Part shown: positions 27,389 to 40,791 of the stretch, one piece after another
Numbering within the stretch: position 1 is the first letter of the stretch
How the letters are laid out: each line of letters starts with the position of its first letter
Assembly: GCA_051294905.1 (NCBI GenBank)
Contig: CM119372.1
Span: 25,236,001-25,300,000, forward strand
Direction: 5' to 3'
Source: Botryllus schlosseri
Lineage: Eukaryota
Length of the DNA: 64,000 nucleotides
Translations under genes and position numbers: made by a program
The notes under the pieces: model-generated
Database searches by the model: none
Told to the model about the DNA's origin: nothing
Seen by the model: the letters and a program-made list of their open reading frames with translations, nothing else

Positions 27389-30300
27389 TAAGCATCCCAT
27401 CAGGGTGTACGAGATGCATTGTGGAATTAGGCCTATATATTGTCGAATATTCTCTTGGCCAATTTATTCCACTGGAAAATAGTTTTCGCGCTACGCGCGA
27501 TTTTATGTGAATGGGCTTTCTGATTTTAATATAGGTAACATCAGAAATAGTGTTAAAAATGGACAGGGGCTACGAGTAAACTTATTGATCGTTAAAAAGG
27601 TTAAGAAGCAATGGTATTACTATGGCTCAATAATGATTAATTTAAGTTGTTATTGATATGTTCCAATAATAATCGAAGACAAAATCTAACGCTGATTTAA
27701 TTTGACTTTGGCAATGAGAGTAACAATAGCGTTATACTTATCACGACTATATCAAAACCAGGATTAGGCTACACCGCCCAAATGCTCTGATATCAGATCA
27801 ATCTTGAGTAGATTTTAAAATATTCTACATAAAATAGCGGCACGTCAAAGGTCCACTAGCTTATATTATAACCGGACAATTTTACGATATCATGATGCAT
27901 CTTCTCGAATGATGTCTATAACTCAATAAATAAATAAAAATTATGCCCGACACAAAAACAATTTTATTGAAATATTTGAAAATGTGATTTTTTCCGTGTC
28001 AAGCGTGAATAGTACAATACTAAATTACATTTCCACGATGTTTGTGGAATGCCTGTCTGCAAGGTCCCGTCAAATAAGGCCTACTTGGAAATTATACATT
28101 GAATATCCCTATTATCGATGCTGCGGCCCGCGGCGTCATCAAAAACTAGGAAATTGGCCTCGAGCACATTTGAGTTTGAGACCTCTGGTGTAGATCATAA
28201 TATTCTCCTTGCAAAATTGACGCGTTACGGATTCCGGGCCCCACAACCGGATCTCATGAAAAGCTACCTCACTGGACGCCAAAAATGGTCTCAATCACTA
28301 ACATCTTGTCCTCTCCTCAACTAGTTACCTGTGGTGTACCCCAAGGCTCAGTGCTTGGGCCGGTCCTCTTCACCTTACATGTCAACGACATTTCTGAGTC
28401 CTCCTCATTGAATACCACACTGTTCCCAGATGATACTCACCTCTACTCTTGCTCATCCTCTAAGGCTAAGTTGGATGCCGTCACCAGTGACCAAATGCAC
28501 AAAGTGCATGAGTGGACGGCCCTCAATAATCTCTGCGTCAACGCTGCGAAATCCCAGTTATTGGCCTTGAACCCCGAAAAATAATTAACCGTTACCGTCG
28601 CTGGTCAACTTATTTCCAACTCGGAATATGCGAAATACCTTGGGATTTTACTAGACTCGAATATGTCCTTAAAGAGTCACATTCAGTTGCAAGAAAAACA
28701 ATTATCACGAGGCTGTGGTCTGTTCTACAGCCTTAGAGACTACATGCCAGTCTGGGTCCTTCTGATACTCTTTGAGTCATTTTTCCTATCGAAGTTACAA
28801 TATGGCATCATCTGTTGGGGGGGGGGCGACCAGTAAAACTGCACTGAAGCCACTACAAAAACTACAACATCAGGTCCCCCGTATTATAGCCAGGGCCCCA
28901 AAGGGACCAGGATGTGTGTCCAACAAATCACTGCCCACGGCCACTGCTCCGAAAACTTCAATGACTTCTTTACCTCGGTATTAAAAGTGCATCAGTACGA
29001 CACACGTGCGTCCATGTCGTCCTACTATCATATGGTTGAAAAAAAATATCATCGCTCTATCAAATATGCCGGACCTGAAGTGTGGAACAGTATCTCGCCG
29101 GCTATCCGTCAGTCGTCTAGCATTTCCACATTCAAGTCAAAATACAAGCAATTTCTGCTGAATGAATACTTGTCAGCCCTCACCATTTACCGGGCCATGA
29201 CCCGACATATTGATCTCGCCTTCCGTCACTTGCCACCTTATATTATCTTCTTTTACTTTCATCCAGCAGTGTGCATGCCTCCTCTTTACATCGCCTAGGC
29301 CCAGGTAGGTGTCTGATCTTAAGACTACTCCTAGTCGTTTCGACATCCTCCTATCATTCATTGTATTGCAGTCTTGTGATGTTTTGAAGTGATGAAATTT
29401 TATGAATAAACTTGAACTTGAACTTGAACTTTATTGTGCCGGTAAATCTTGATAGCAGGTGTTTTTGCGAGGCCCGCGAACTGATCGGGTGGCGACTATA
29501 TATGCGCAGAACCCAGTCTAATCTTGACGGTAAGGTAACGCAGTTATAAATCAAACACAGCCTTTGGTCAGCAAAGTAACCAAAAGAAGTAAGCTCGCCA
29601 TTGAATATATACAGAGAAACAAAAGCGCCGATTGATAATAACGCATAGATTGAAGCGTGCGGTAATTAAATCGAAATAATCAAATAAGGAAATGCTTGTG
29701 AACAAGGGGCACACGAAAAGTTCTTCAAATAATAAACGTTAATTTGAACTTACTTTTGAAAGCACGGAATTTTCATTAGGTCTGACAAATCTCTAATTGA
29801 AAGGTTTCGAATATTCCAATATCTGGAAAATGAATAAGTGATTTCCTCTAGTTTTGATGTTTGCAAAATAGCATATATGTAACCATTCGGGAGATAGGCA
29901 ATGAGGTTACTAAAAACCTGAAACCGATAAAGAAACAAGGACAACATAATCGGGATCGGCACACTCGATAGCGTGGTTCCGATAATTATTATAGCGACAC
30001 TTTATCTAATTTTCTAGTCTTACCAGACTGGTGTTATTTAGTGACATTTTAGAAAGCTAGACAGGGAGCATCAAATTCGTTCGCACACGTTAGCGCAGTG
30101 TTTATAAATAATAATCTTGGAACAAATCCATCTCCAATTCAGGTTCAGTATATTCAATACAAAATTTAAGAGTCGCATGGAATTCACTTTATTGTCGCAT
30201 TCTGATTCCCGCATGAACTTATCTGTTAAACATACAGATCGCGAGTAATTCGTTAATTAACAATGACAGTAAACACGGTCGCTCCTACACTATACAGGAG

Positions 30301-30814
30301 TTTTCATGAATTCGATTCAGTTTAAAACGGGGTCACCAACCTTTTTGAGAACAAGAGCTACTTCTTGGGTACTGATTAATGGGAAGGGCTACCAGTTACT
30401 CCTGCTACTACCTGTTTACCAGCACTTGGTTGAATTTCTTTATGTTTACATTCAGAGCACTCAGCAGGGTAAGAAAAGATCACTCTTCCTGGGACATACG
30501 CCAGTTCACGCGAGTTCAGTTGCGTTGTCGCAATAGGCGCTGAGTCGCCATTCTTCCCAGCGAGGCTCGGAAATAGTAACCAGATTCCCTTTCGGACTCC
30601 ATGGGGGCGTTCGCATGTTCCTTAGGGTTGACTATGTGACCCATATTCAACTTCTCCACTTCGACCTTCAAATCTATCATTTTTGAATATTTGCTACATG
30701 TCAGCAATTATGGGCCACTCATCTGGTCCTGTTGAGCTACCTAGCGCCTGCGGGCACCGCGTTCGTGACCCATGGTTTAAAATAATGATCAAGATTGGGC
30801 ACATCTACATCACG

Positions 30815-31180
30815 GTGTTTGTTTGTTTGTTTGTTTGTCTATTTCACATACAACAGTGGTGCTTATCGCCTGTTAAGGTCATGTGCACCACGACAATGCG
30901 TTTCTGATGTTCAGGACGTTTTTCCTTCGTAATCTTCCGGACGACTTCCGCACTCGCGCGCTCCCAACATCAGTTTATCTCTCTCTCACTCTCTTTTATG
31001 CACCCGGACTTGATCTTTTGCTGCCGACTTCTTACTGACTCGGCTCACCATCATTCTGGGATTTTTGAGACACTGCTATGGCAGCGAGTTTAGCGATGAG
31101 GAGCCCAGATAAATCTTCGACACAAAGAAGTTGGTCCGAACCTGGATTCGAACCACTGCCATTGGTATCGTGACGCTGGC
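30815..31180 (-). mobile_element. tRNA-derived SINE with (AAAC)n tail
   Basis: Minus-strand B box GGTTCGAATCC; 3' end GGCGATAAGCACCACTGTTATGTG..(AAAC)n; same family as ~62110-62460(+). Confidence 0.72.
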
Positions 31181-32498
31181 GCTAAACATCACGGTGTTAA
31201 ATCGGAGACAACCACATTAGTAAATTATGTTGCAGTAATTTCGTTCTTATGTACACTTGCAAGAATAATCAAGTAAGGCATCAATGAATCTGTATAGTTT
31301 TATGTAATAGATATTGTTAATATAATTAGCAAATCTTTATGATTCGATAGAACAGAGTAGCAAATGTTTATCACGGCGTTTTGTACATTGCCCGTTGATA
31401 AGCAAACACACCGAGAGAACTATACCGAAACAAGTTTCATTGTAACTAGAACATTTATGCTGGATGACTCATTGATAAAACAAAGGGAATCTCCGCATTC
31501 AGAAGGTATTTCAAGAGAGTATTTGCACATTTATTCGTAGAACTACAGCGTTGTGGCGAAAAAGACAAACGTTGTCTTCATCCCGAAACTTTAAAAAGCG
31601 GGATTCGAAATCTATCATCACATGGAGCGTGTGGCACGGGATAGCGGGTGTTCAAGGACTATGTTTCTTATTACAAGTATAGGGCTGTGCAAAATCAAGT
31701 ATATGAGTGATTCAAATCCTAATAGTGTACAGTGTACGTACATTCGAGTACCACCCATTATGACGGAATAACAGTAGTAATTACTTGAAAAGTTGAAATA
31801 TGTACTTGGGTTCAGTCACAGGGAAAGCGATGCAACCTGCACGCCATGCAAAATAATTTCGTATTACTGGACCATATGACTTTTCGTGGGGCTTTGTGTC
31901 ATTATGAGAGCCGATCGGAAATTTCGTTCCGTGAATATCCGTAGCCTCGTGCAACTAGTTTTCCGACGCTGAGACTCGGTTTACTGAGGTTCCCAGGCTC
32001 CAACGATGGTATTAAAACTATATTTTTTGTTGTTAAAATACTACTTTTGGCGTGAATTGTCGTCACTGGAAAAAATGACTATTACTTTATACTCGACTCA
32101 AATCTTTACAATTGATATTCCACTCGGATTCGAGCGCAGGCATCGCCATGGCTAGTCCTACTTACAAAGGGTGCTTCCACTGCACCATAATAATGTAACT
32201 ACATTGACATTGCTACACAGTAGATTTTCACTCGTATATAAAACGGATAACGGTGCATTGTATAGAGAAAAGTAAAAATACATCCGGGTTCCAACATAAT
32301 ACCATGTCTAGTTATTTCTAGCGTATTTCGAAATTCTAAAATACAGGTGAACGTTCCAATCTCAGTTGAAAATTATGTGTAATCCATAAACCTATCCACG
32401 CGGGGTGATACTTAGAAAATATACATAAGGCTCAAACTCTCATTACAGATAAATTAGCGCGGTGTGCTTACCGATACAGCATCTAGGTTGTAGAAAAA

Positions 32499-35400
32499 AT
32501 GACCACCAAGGAATTTCCACACGTTTATCGCTGTCATGAAGTGGAAAAGGCAGAAGTAATTGGTATTTACAAGCAGCACCAGCATGGTAAAGTATCTCAT
32601 GTGAGTATCAGATAACAAAAATATATTGGACCATTTATGTAATCGTCAATTGTGTATGATTGATGAATCGGGTGCTCAACCCGGTGTACTATTATTTCTG
32701 ACAGGACACATTCAGTAATCTATCTATTCCTGAACGTACGTCTAGCTAGGCTTTCATTATATCAAAAGCTTGTGATGTTTTTGAATTGATAAAAATTTCA
32801 ATACATGACTGACTGACCGAAAAGTGCAGCAATAAAATACTATGTATGCATGTAATTCGTGGTATAGCACAAATTTAAATTTAATCCTTTTGTTTCAGTG
32901 TTACATTGTAACGGTCATTTGCAGCGACAAAAGTCAAATAACAGTATACCGAACATTGCGGCAAATCAAATCTTTTCAAAAGGATATTGCCCGGGTAAGT
33001 TATCGGCATTGGTGATTCCACAAGTAGCTTCGCCAGAAGAAAAATATATAACGTAGGAATTGGACAAATCGAAATAACGCCTTATTTTCAACGAAACTTC
33101 CAAAGAGCGATGATTTCACAAACATACATCGTCATTGAAATCTGACAATGTTGAAAATCATGCATATTTCAGACCCTCAAAGTTACTGGAGGAAATGACG
33201 ATTCCAAACGAGATATGAAAAGAGTTGTGCAAGGACTGAACAACGCCCTCAGGTCGGGTCACGGGACAATGAGGAACTTCAAAATGATCGAAAGCTTGAA
33301 TAATTTCTTCTCGGTACGTTACCTCTTGACGGATTCACTCCTCCAGTCCTTTTGTGTCGGCATTCGGCATCAACTAAACATAATTCTAGCACACCATGCC
33401 ATGGGCTGTATATGATAAGCCATGAAAGCTAAGCCTACTTGATACAGTTCAGCATTCGCTCATTTCTTTACATTGAACTGCTACTCAATTTATCACAGGT
33501 GTCCACACGTTTCAAAGAGATGTCACAGTTACAAATTACAAAAAACTTTTTCAAGCCGTCCGAATGCGATGCGACTGCAGCGCAATGGAGGTAAGGGCTA
33601 TGCTATATTAGTCAATGGGACATTGCTTACTCTTATGTAACGCTGTGCGTATATGCACACTATACGTGCGTATACGCACACGCACATCTTGTATTACATC
33701 TTGTTTAATATATATCTGGTTTCACCTGTGCTACACTTACACATGTACAGAATCCAACAGAAATACAATTGTTAGTACGTTATCAATCATGTGACAACTA
33801 TGCATTTCACAGTAAAAAGGGAAACACCTACATATATGTACCACGAAATACGCGAAATGATAAAACCTCGGAATCAGTTGATAAGTGCGAAGACCCGAGA
33901 CAAAGTATTCGTTTGGATAGTGCTGGCGAAGAGACACAGGTATATATAAAAGCGTAGGCCTTATAGTAAGCCAAAATAAATCTGGATGGTCGACTTATCA
34001 AAGTTAATTCCCTTTTAATGCACAGGACGATTCTGACAGTGATTCAAGCGGTAAAAGCCAATCCACGACAAATTCACACGCAGTCAGTTCTGTAGCAGCC
34101 GTAGACTACGGGAAAAAACTAATTTCAAATCACAAAGATGAGGAAGACGAAGTTGTGCAACATAATATGCAACATAATAAATCAGGTAAAAGTCAATACT
34201 AATACCACTGGATTGTTTTGGGGAGAATTGCAGAACTTCAGGTTCGTGGGACCTGTCGAGTGTTTTATTCCCTGCAGAAGCAAATATTTGATCAACGCAA
34301 TTATTGCGTATATATGACCCGCTATAATGATGGCAGGCTACATTCTTTTCCTATTTCAGGGCGGCGTTTAATAGGAAGATCATCACAAAGTTGCGAACCT
34401 GATAAGTCATCAAGTGGCTTCGTACCAACGTCCCACTTGACGGAGTGCACCAGTGATGGATCTAACAATTCCTTCGATGCGATCGATGACAATTCGCATC
34501 TCTTTCCGGCTTTTGTAAGTAGCCCCAACATTTAATCTGTACTTGTCAATTACAAATGCTGTCAACCAATGTCATGATACTGGAAAGGCTAACAATTGGC
34601 AGGGTTCAAATACGAATTGGCCTGCAAGTATCATATTCGACACATTTTACTATGTCTTTGGTTTCAAACAGTTTCGGATATTATTTCATGGATCGCTTTC
34701 TATTCAGGCTCGTTCTACGCCAGCCCTTGATGACATGTTTGATTTGAGCCAATTGGAAGCAGATCTTGGTGCGGCATCATTGAAATTTAAAAAGTCAAGT
34801 GTCAGCAAAGCGCGCCAAGAACTCGATCATGAGATATCGAATGGATCTTCCGATAGCTCCGAAATATCCACAACATGCGACAGACTTGGGAAATCGATTA
34901 AAACAACGGAATTTCGTTCTGCGAAGTCTTCTCCGTTTGTACGACGACGGCAGCCAAACGCCCGGGGAAATTGGGAATTAAAATCTCGTCATCGAAACAC
35001 GGTGGCTTTGTTAACTTCGGACACAATTTCCAGACCGGCTAACGGCTCAGTTGCTAATCGCCATTTCGAAGGCCGTATTTCGAACAGTACTGATAATTTG
35101 TTCCTAAGCTCGTCCACGCGAAACATCGCGAGTGAGATTGGGTAAGTAAGCTACGCGATCCTTACAAGCCATATCATTACGTTAATTTGTGACTTCCATT
35201 TAGTTGTGACTACATCTGTAAAGAATCTTTTAAAGCGACATCTTCCGATGAATTAAGTTTCACCAAAGGATCCGTCCTGAAAATTCTACGGCGAAACAAG
35301 AATGGCTGGTGGCTGGCAAGGTACATGTACTTTCGCAATAGACATGCACATCGGCATCAGCCTGCCTTTATCTCAAGACATAAAATATGATGTATCAAAC

Positions 35401-35535
35401 TATCAATATAGACGTGACATACAACACCTGTTTTACAGCTATAAGGGCCGAACTGGAATCGTACCTGGAGTGCATCTGAAGCGATACGACGACCCGATTA
35501 GAACGTTGAGTCTACGAATGTTGAACACGATTTGA
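32499..35535 (+). CDS. PX-SH3-SH3 adaptor, tandem copy 2 (10 coding exons, ~506 aa, ORF intact, first SH3 degenerate)
   Basis: Exons 32499-32600, 32899-32994, 33173-33313, 33499-33590, 33813-33939, 34026-34185, 34360-34514, 34708-35141, 35204-35320, 35439-35535 splice to an open frame of 1521 nt with the same phases as copy 1. An in-frame TAG upstream of the ATG supports this start. SH3-2 is intact (KNGWWLASYKGRTGIVPGVHL); SH3-1 has GWW changed to GRR. Confidence 0.85.
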
Positions 35536-37125
35536 GTTGCGTCTGTATATAGAGAACCGTGCTCACCGAGTTGATGGATTCGAGAACCATGCGTATAGGG
35601 AACTGCAAACTTGCTAACATTGTTATCAATGATCCAGCGAAAGCTTTATTTTGGGAGTCATTGGGGCGGATGGACAGTTGGACACTGTTTACCTAAAGGA
35701 ACAATCATTTGTATATTCGTGATGTGGATTATAATGTATATCTACCTATAGGTGAACTAAAGTTGTGTGTAATGTTTTGACATTTCTAACAAATATTTAG
35801 ATATTATTGTAAGAAATACTTCCCACAAGGCAGCAAATGTCAAGATCATAGGCAACATCATAAACATCCGACAGAGGTGGTATGGTTTCACTCTAGTCAC
35901 CATCAGAAACGAGTTAGTGAAACTGATATCCAGGGCGGAGATAATAAAGTTGGATTAGCAATAAAGTCGATTATTGCGTTCGTCAGGATTTATCAACCCA
36001 GGATTAAGGAAACCGGTTGATCGCAGCGCATAAAGTCAGTGTTAATCTCATGATTTAACAAACCGGAACAACTATGGATAAAGTTTCCTATAAAAACTGC
36101 GTACACTGCGTGGGCGTATACCATTCCTACCCACAAATATTTCCGATAATGAGCGTGCCGATTGTCTCCTAGGTAATGGCTTCACTAAACAATCAACGAA
36201 TTATGTACCCGCCATTGCAAAGCGATATCAATATTCTATCATCCGTTTCTTAGCTGTACCGTACAAATCGGATGCACACGACTTTCATTTCGCGATGACG
36301 ATAATTCGACATATTACAGTGGCAACAGGCTGCTGTTTCATTCAACTAATTGACAACTGACAGCGATAACGCGTTTCCGCATTATGATGCAACAGATAAC
36401 GCCACTTGATTAAAAACTCTGGACGAAAAAAAGGGCGTGCATTTTGAGGTAATATATTGGAACCATTTGACTGGTCCGGCCCGCGAGTGATTTGAAGGTT
36501 TGAATCCGGCCCGCGACGCAAGTTGAGTTTGATACCCCTTCTCTAGTGTATGCCGTTTGTATGTTATTACATTCTGTCTGTGCTGTCAAAACGTAATATT
36601 GTTTTTGATAGTTTGACCGTTGATAAAAGTTCATTTTGCAGTTGAACAGGGTCGAGGTAACATTTGTTTAGCTTGCAATTTCTGTCTTTATTGATTCCTG
36701 ACGAAGCGTCACGACAGCTCAGCTCCGCCTGCTGGGGTTTATAAATGGCGTAATATAAATAAATACATAGTTGTCAGTATAAGGTTGAAGTGTATAAATG
36801 TAAGTTGAGAGTGTAAGAAAATAATGTATCAAAATGAGATTCTTCACTTGATTTAACAATTTCATCAAGAATTGGGAGACCGAAAAAAAACTAGCATTGA
36901 ATCAAAAATAAGCATATTGAGGTGCAACAGCAAAATGTTGGGACCTATTTTCAATACGACAATTGTTTGAATCTTATTTCTCTATGGTTGATCGTGCAGT
37001 CAGCCGTTTACAAATGAAAAGTCTTTGGGCTACTTATGGGGGAAGGTACAGTTGTGATATTTAAAATTTGAAGTATTCAGAGACGTCTCTAAGTACTGCA
37101 TTGACAGCTCGTAATTCACAATTAA

Positions 37126-37309
37126 AGGGGCACTGCACTCTAAAAACGATGTGGTCTGCGTGACTGCTGGAGCGCGAAGTTGTTGCGGAAATTTCAATAA
37201 ATTCCAGCTCCCTTACGGCGGCGTTCTAAAGAAAATGGCCGCGGCCAAAAATTTTTTTCGTTTTGCCCTTCAATTTGAGACCACATCATTTTTATAGTGC
37301 AGTGCCCCT
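37126..37309. mobile_element. Small TTAA-flanked MITE (Kolobok-like); mirrored at ~47590-47773
   Basis: TTAA|AGGGGCACTGCACT...AGTGCAGTGCCCCT|TTAA with ~30-bp TIRs. Confidence 0.8.
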
Positions 37310-38118
37310 TTAAGCAGAAAAAATCCGCTCAAATTTGGTTCGATACGCATACGCGTTTACGCGATACCGAGTTTTCGACATTATTTTCGAAATTTTCGCA
37401 AATCACATCATAACCAACAAACTAAAGCTTATATTGTAAAACTTCAAGTGTAGCCTACCCTTTAAGTGTAGAACATCGCTGATGTGAGGCTAAGTTTGAT
37501 CAGTATTGGAGTTCTGCTGATACCAAAATTTCCTTCTGCAGGAAAACCATATCAACGAAAAATAGAAAGCTGAAAAAATTAACTTTGAATATTGAAAATT
37601 GTATTCGTGTAAAATTAGAAAAGGTCTAAATTCTGATAATTTTGCATCGTTCAGGCATGCTTAACCTGTAAACTCATTATCTATGATCGAATTTGCTCAA
37701 AAGGCAGGGTTTAAAGGTTTTAAAACCCTAGTGAGTTTTTCGTAGGCCTCTATCGCTTGTCATCAGTCTAAATACCGTAATCTGAGTCAAAAAGCGATTT
37801 TCACCCTTGTTCCCATCCAAACGATATATCTCTGCAAGTCGGGTTTTCTGCTCTTGATGAAATGCAATTAAAAAAAACGAACAAAAGTGTTGATATGCCT
37901 ATGCCATGAGCACTAGAAGCACGGCTACTGCAACAAGTTAAAGATATCAACGTGGATTTCTTTAAATATGCACGGCGCATTTCATATAGTATGCAAGCTT
38001 GCTCATCCTTACTCCGATCAGGATGAATTCAGATTCGATGTGTTACGTGGGCTGGGGTGTATTGAGTAAACATTAACAGGGTGTACCATTCTGAAAAAGG
38101 CTGGCAATACTGTTCTAC

Positions 38119-40791
38119 CTCCAGCTCTTTGAAGACGGATCGATCTCAGTAGGTTTCAAGAAGATGCTCATCGTTTTCGATTGTGCTAATTCGTCGTAAT
38201 GTGTGACGACCTGTGGTAAGGTGGTGCACATTTTAATTCATATAATTATTTATAATCATATATTTCTATTGAGAGGAAATGTATATCCAATCTGAGGAAC
38301 GCAATTCCAATGGAAGTTTCACGGGAGCACGGGTCAATCCTCCTCAAATTTCGGAAACATTGGCACAATGCGACTTTATTTTGTTGGTTACCCTAAAATC
38401 AATCTACGTCGTCACGTCATTGCTGTTATTTACTTTTTTTACCTCAGGCCTATCTAATTGTTATACAATTGAAGTTCTGTGTCTCCAAGAAGGTCATATA
38501 ATGGTTACCATTTTTTGAAGGAGATCATCGAAGGTTTGCCCACTAAACTCGAATACGATTATTCGGTGAATACACACGAATCACCGGACACTTATAGTAA
38601 TCATGATATTGACAAAAAAACTGAAAATGAATGAATGAAAAGTTGATCAACGTACCGAAAAGAAATTATTCAAACTGTCGATCATTTTCAACTTGCCCAT
38701 TGTACCGCGACCTGATCGCATGGCGTTGTTTAATCCTCGTGAAACCTTTTTCAGAGAGCGTTTGGTGAGTCGTTAACGCCTCTTACTTTGTGACACTGAA
38801 ATAAGATAGTATCACATCGAATAACGAAATTTACATCTGTCTGGATAAAGGATGGGTTATGCACTTTATAACGACTGCTGTCATTAATGTGAAACTAAGT
38901 ATCGACATTTTTTGGATATTGCGTTTGGTTGTTTTGATGGGATATATATCATCCGGAATTGCTCATTCAATCTATATTGAAACTGGTTATATTAATTTAT
39001 GTTGCTATATGTTCATTGTTCATGTTATATATATCAGTACATCTCGAGAGATCAATTTCAGGGAAACGGTCGTTATGGGTTTTTATTGGGGATTGTGTGA
39101 ACGCGGGGTTCACGTTCGCGTTCTGTGTGTGAACCTGAGAAATTTAGAGGTTCACGTTTACAAACGAACCGTGGTATAGGTTCTGCACTGTGAACCTTTT
39201 TCATATATTACAATTTTCATGTCATTATAACATCTTTGGTTGAAAGTTATTGCATTTCAACTGCGGGCCACTCTATGCATGGCGCTGGCAGCATAAATAA
39301 TGAACACTAAATGAGCATGCCCCCCTGACAATCTCAAAAATGTTACTTGCTTTATTACAAAAGTTTGCTCGAAATATCCAGCTAGTTCCGTTTGTGAATA
39401 TTCAGTGACTGGCAGCTGTGAGCTTGACCCGCAATCACACAACATCAATAGCGAAATACGCTACATGTAGGTAGTCATTGATATCGCTGTCTAATGTAAA
39501 AAAGTTAGCAAGCGTACACGTTCAATCTCGATTTCATATGTTAATTGTATCATAAAAATCAATTCCGTGCGATTAGGGTGTTGTCTACTGCTGTATAACT
39601 TGTTAAAGGGGTAATATCGGTAGCAAGTATAGAACCCCGTTTTACACTCTGCTCTATATCAATGCAGCAACACTGAGACGCCGAATAGATTGTCCGGTCT
39701 GGCCTAGGCGTAAGCTTATATATTCCCTTGCAATTCTCGTCGAAATTGTTAACAAAGCGACGGAAGATATTGATTTTATGGAATTATTATATCATTTGAT
39801 TGCCCCAGCTGATACATTTGGCGACGTTTAAAAAGTCAGTATGTACTTTAGCATTGTGGCATTATGTGTTCCGAGTCGTCGCTAGGTATCGTGTATACGT
39901 ACATTATTATATCACTTCACTGAAATGTAGGGTTGGAATTAGCAATGTGACGTCACGTGACGTCATGAGGTTTACGTTCGCGTTCACACAGAACCTTTCA
40001 GAAAGGTTCGCACTCCCACGAACCTGAACCTTTCGGAGGTTCAAACCATCCCTGGTTTTTATGACACTTTTCAATGAAACAGAGTCAGCAGTAGGCCTAT
40101 ACTGGGCACGGTATTGTATCATGTATAAGTATATGGATAAAATATGATTTGAATTAGTGATTTGGATGTTGAAATAGTACACTATAGCTATATCTCTCTT
40201 GATCGCGGAAAGGCTACGTAGTTCTATTACCTAAGTCCGAAATAGTTCTAGAACGGAATGCAGGTGGAATTTGGTATTCGAAAATAAATTATGTTTACGA
40301 ACCATCAGGCTTTTATTAGTATTTTCAATAAGTTAGATATGCCTTTTATTTGAGTTTTCGCTCGAAATTGAACATCTCAAAGCTCTATCTTTAACAACGG
40401 GAAACTTCAAATTGAAGCATGGAGATCACTTACCTGCATGATATCTTTTTGAAAACACCTAATTTGCCGTAATGTTCGGTACACCGTTACTTGACTTTTG
40501 TCGCTCCGAATACCCACCATAATGAAATGCTGCAAAATGGATTCCATATGATAGGCATGACAACGATTTGGATACATGATGATATGTGCTTTCTAAAGGC
40601 TCTGTAAGACAGCCAATCATTTGCCAATCATTGTTAAATCTTCGACTAGTGATCACGGTTATAGCTCAATATCATTTCAAGTCAATACTAACATGAGATA
40701 TTTTATCATGTTGCTGTTTATGGAAACCGAGTACCCTTGCTTTTTCTGCATGGTGACATCCGCCGTCACTCCCGAATCCAGTTCCTGCCAT
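38119..40791 (-). pseudogene. Truncated inverted copy of coding exons 1-4 (PX region) of copy 3
   Basis: Reverse complement of 44107-46780 inside the left arm of the large inverted repeat. It carries the same exon-3 frameshift and has no downstream exons. Confidence 0.85.
39087..40054 (+). mobile_element. TAGGGATGGTGTGAAC-family MITE (left IR arm)
   Basis: TIRs present; 8-bp TSD GTTTTTAT. Confidence 0.88.

Larger units (their letters stand above)
23873..28187. mobile_element. hAT-like non-autonomous element inserted in the LINE
   Basis: TIRs CAGAGGTCTCAAAC...GTTTGAGACCTCTG, internal GGCCCGCG motifs, and an 8-bp TSD GTGTAAAT/GTGTAGAT. Confidence 0.85.
23580..29430 (+). mobile_element. 5'-truncated, degenerate non-LTR retrotransposon (CR1/L2/Jockey-group RT), split by nested MITEs
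   Basis: RT motifs NYRPISVLP..FEKLL..HQFGFR..LDLKKAFDSVN (23630-23872) resume as HNILLAKL..YG..KSYLTGRQ, GVPQGSVLGPVLF..NDI, LFPDDT and KYLGI.LD (28190-28660), with frameshifts and stops. The 3' end is AATAAA(CTTGAA)n at ~29405-29430. Confidence 0.9.

Noticed and set aside
34543..35145. 200-aa stand-alone ORF (also 18790-19263 and 52822-53262)
   Set aside because: These are exon 8 of the PX-SH3-SH3 paralogues extended into intron or insert sequence.
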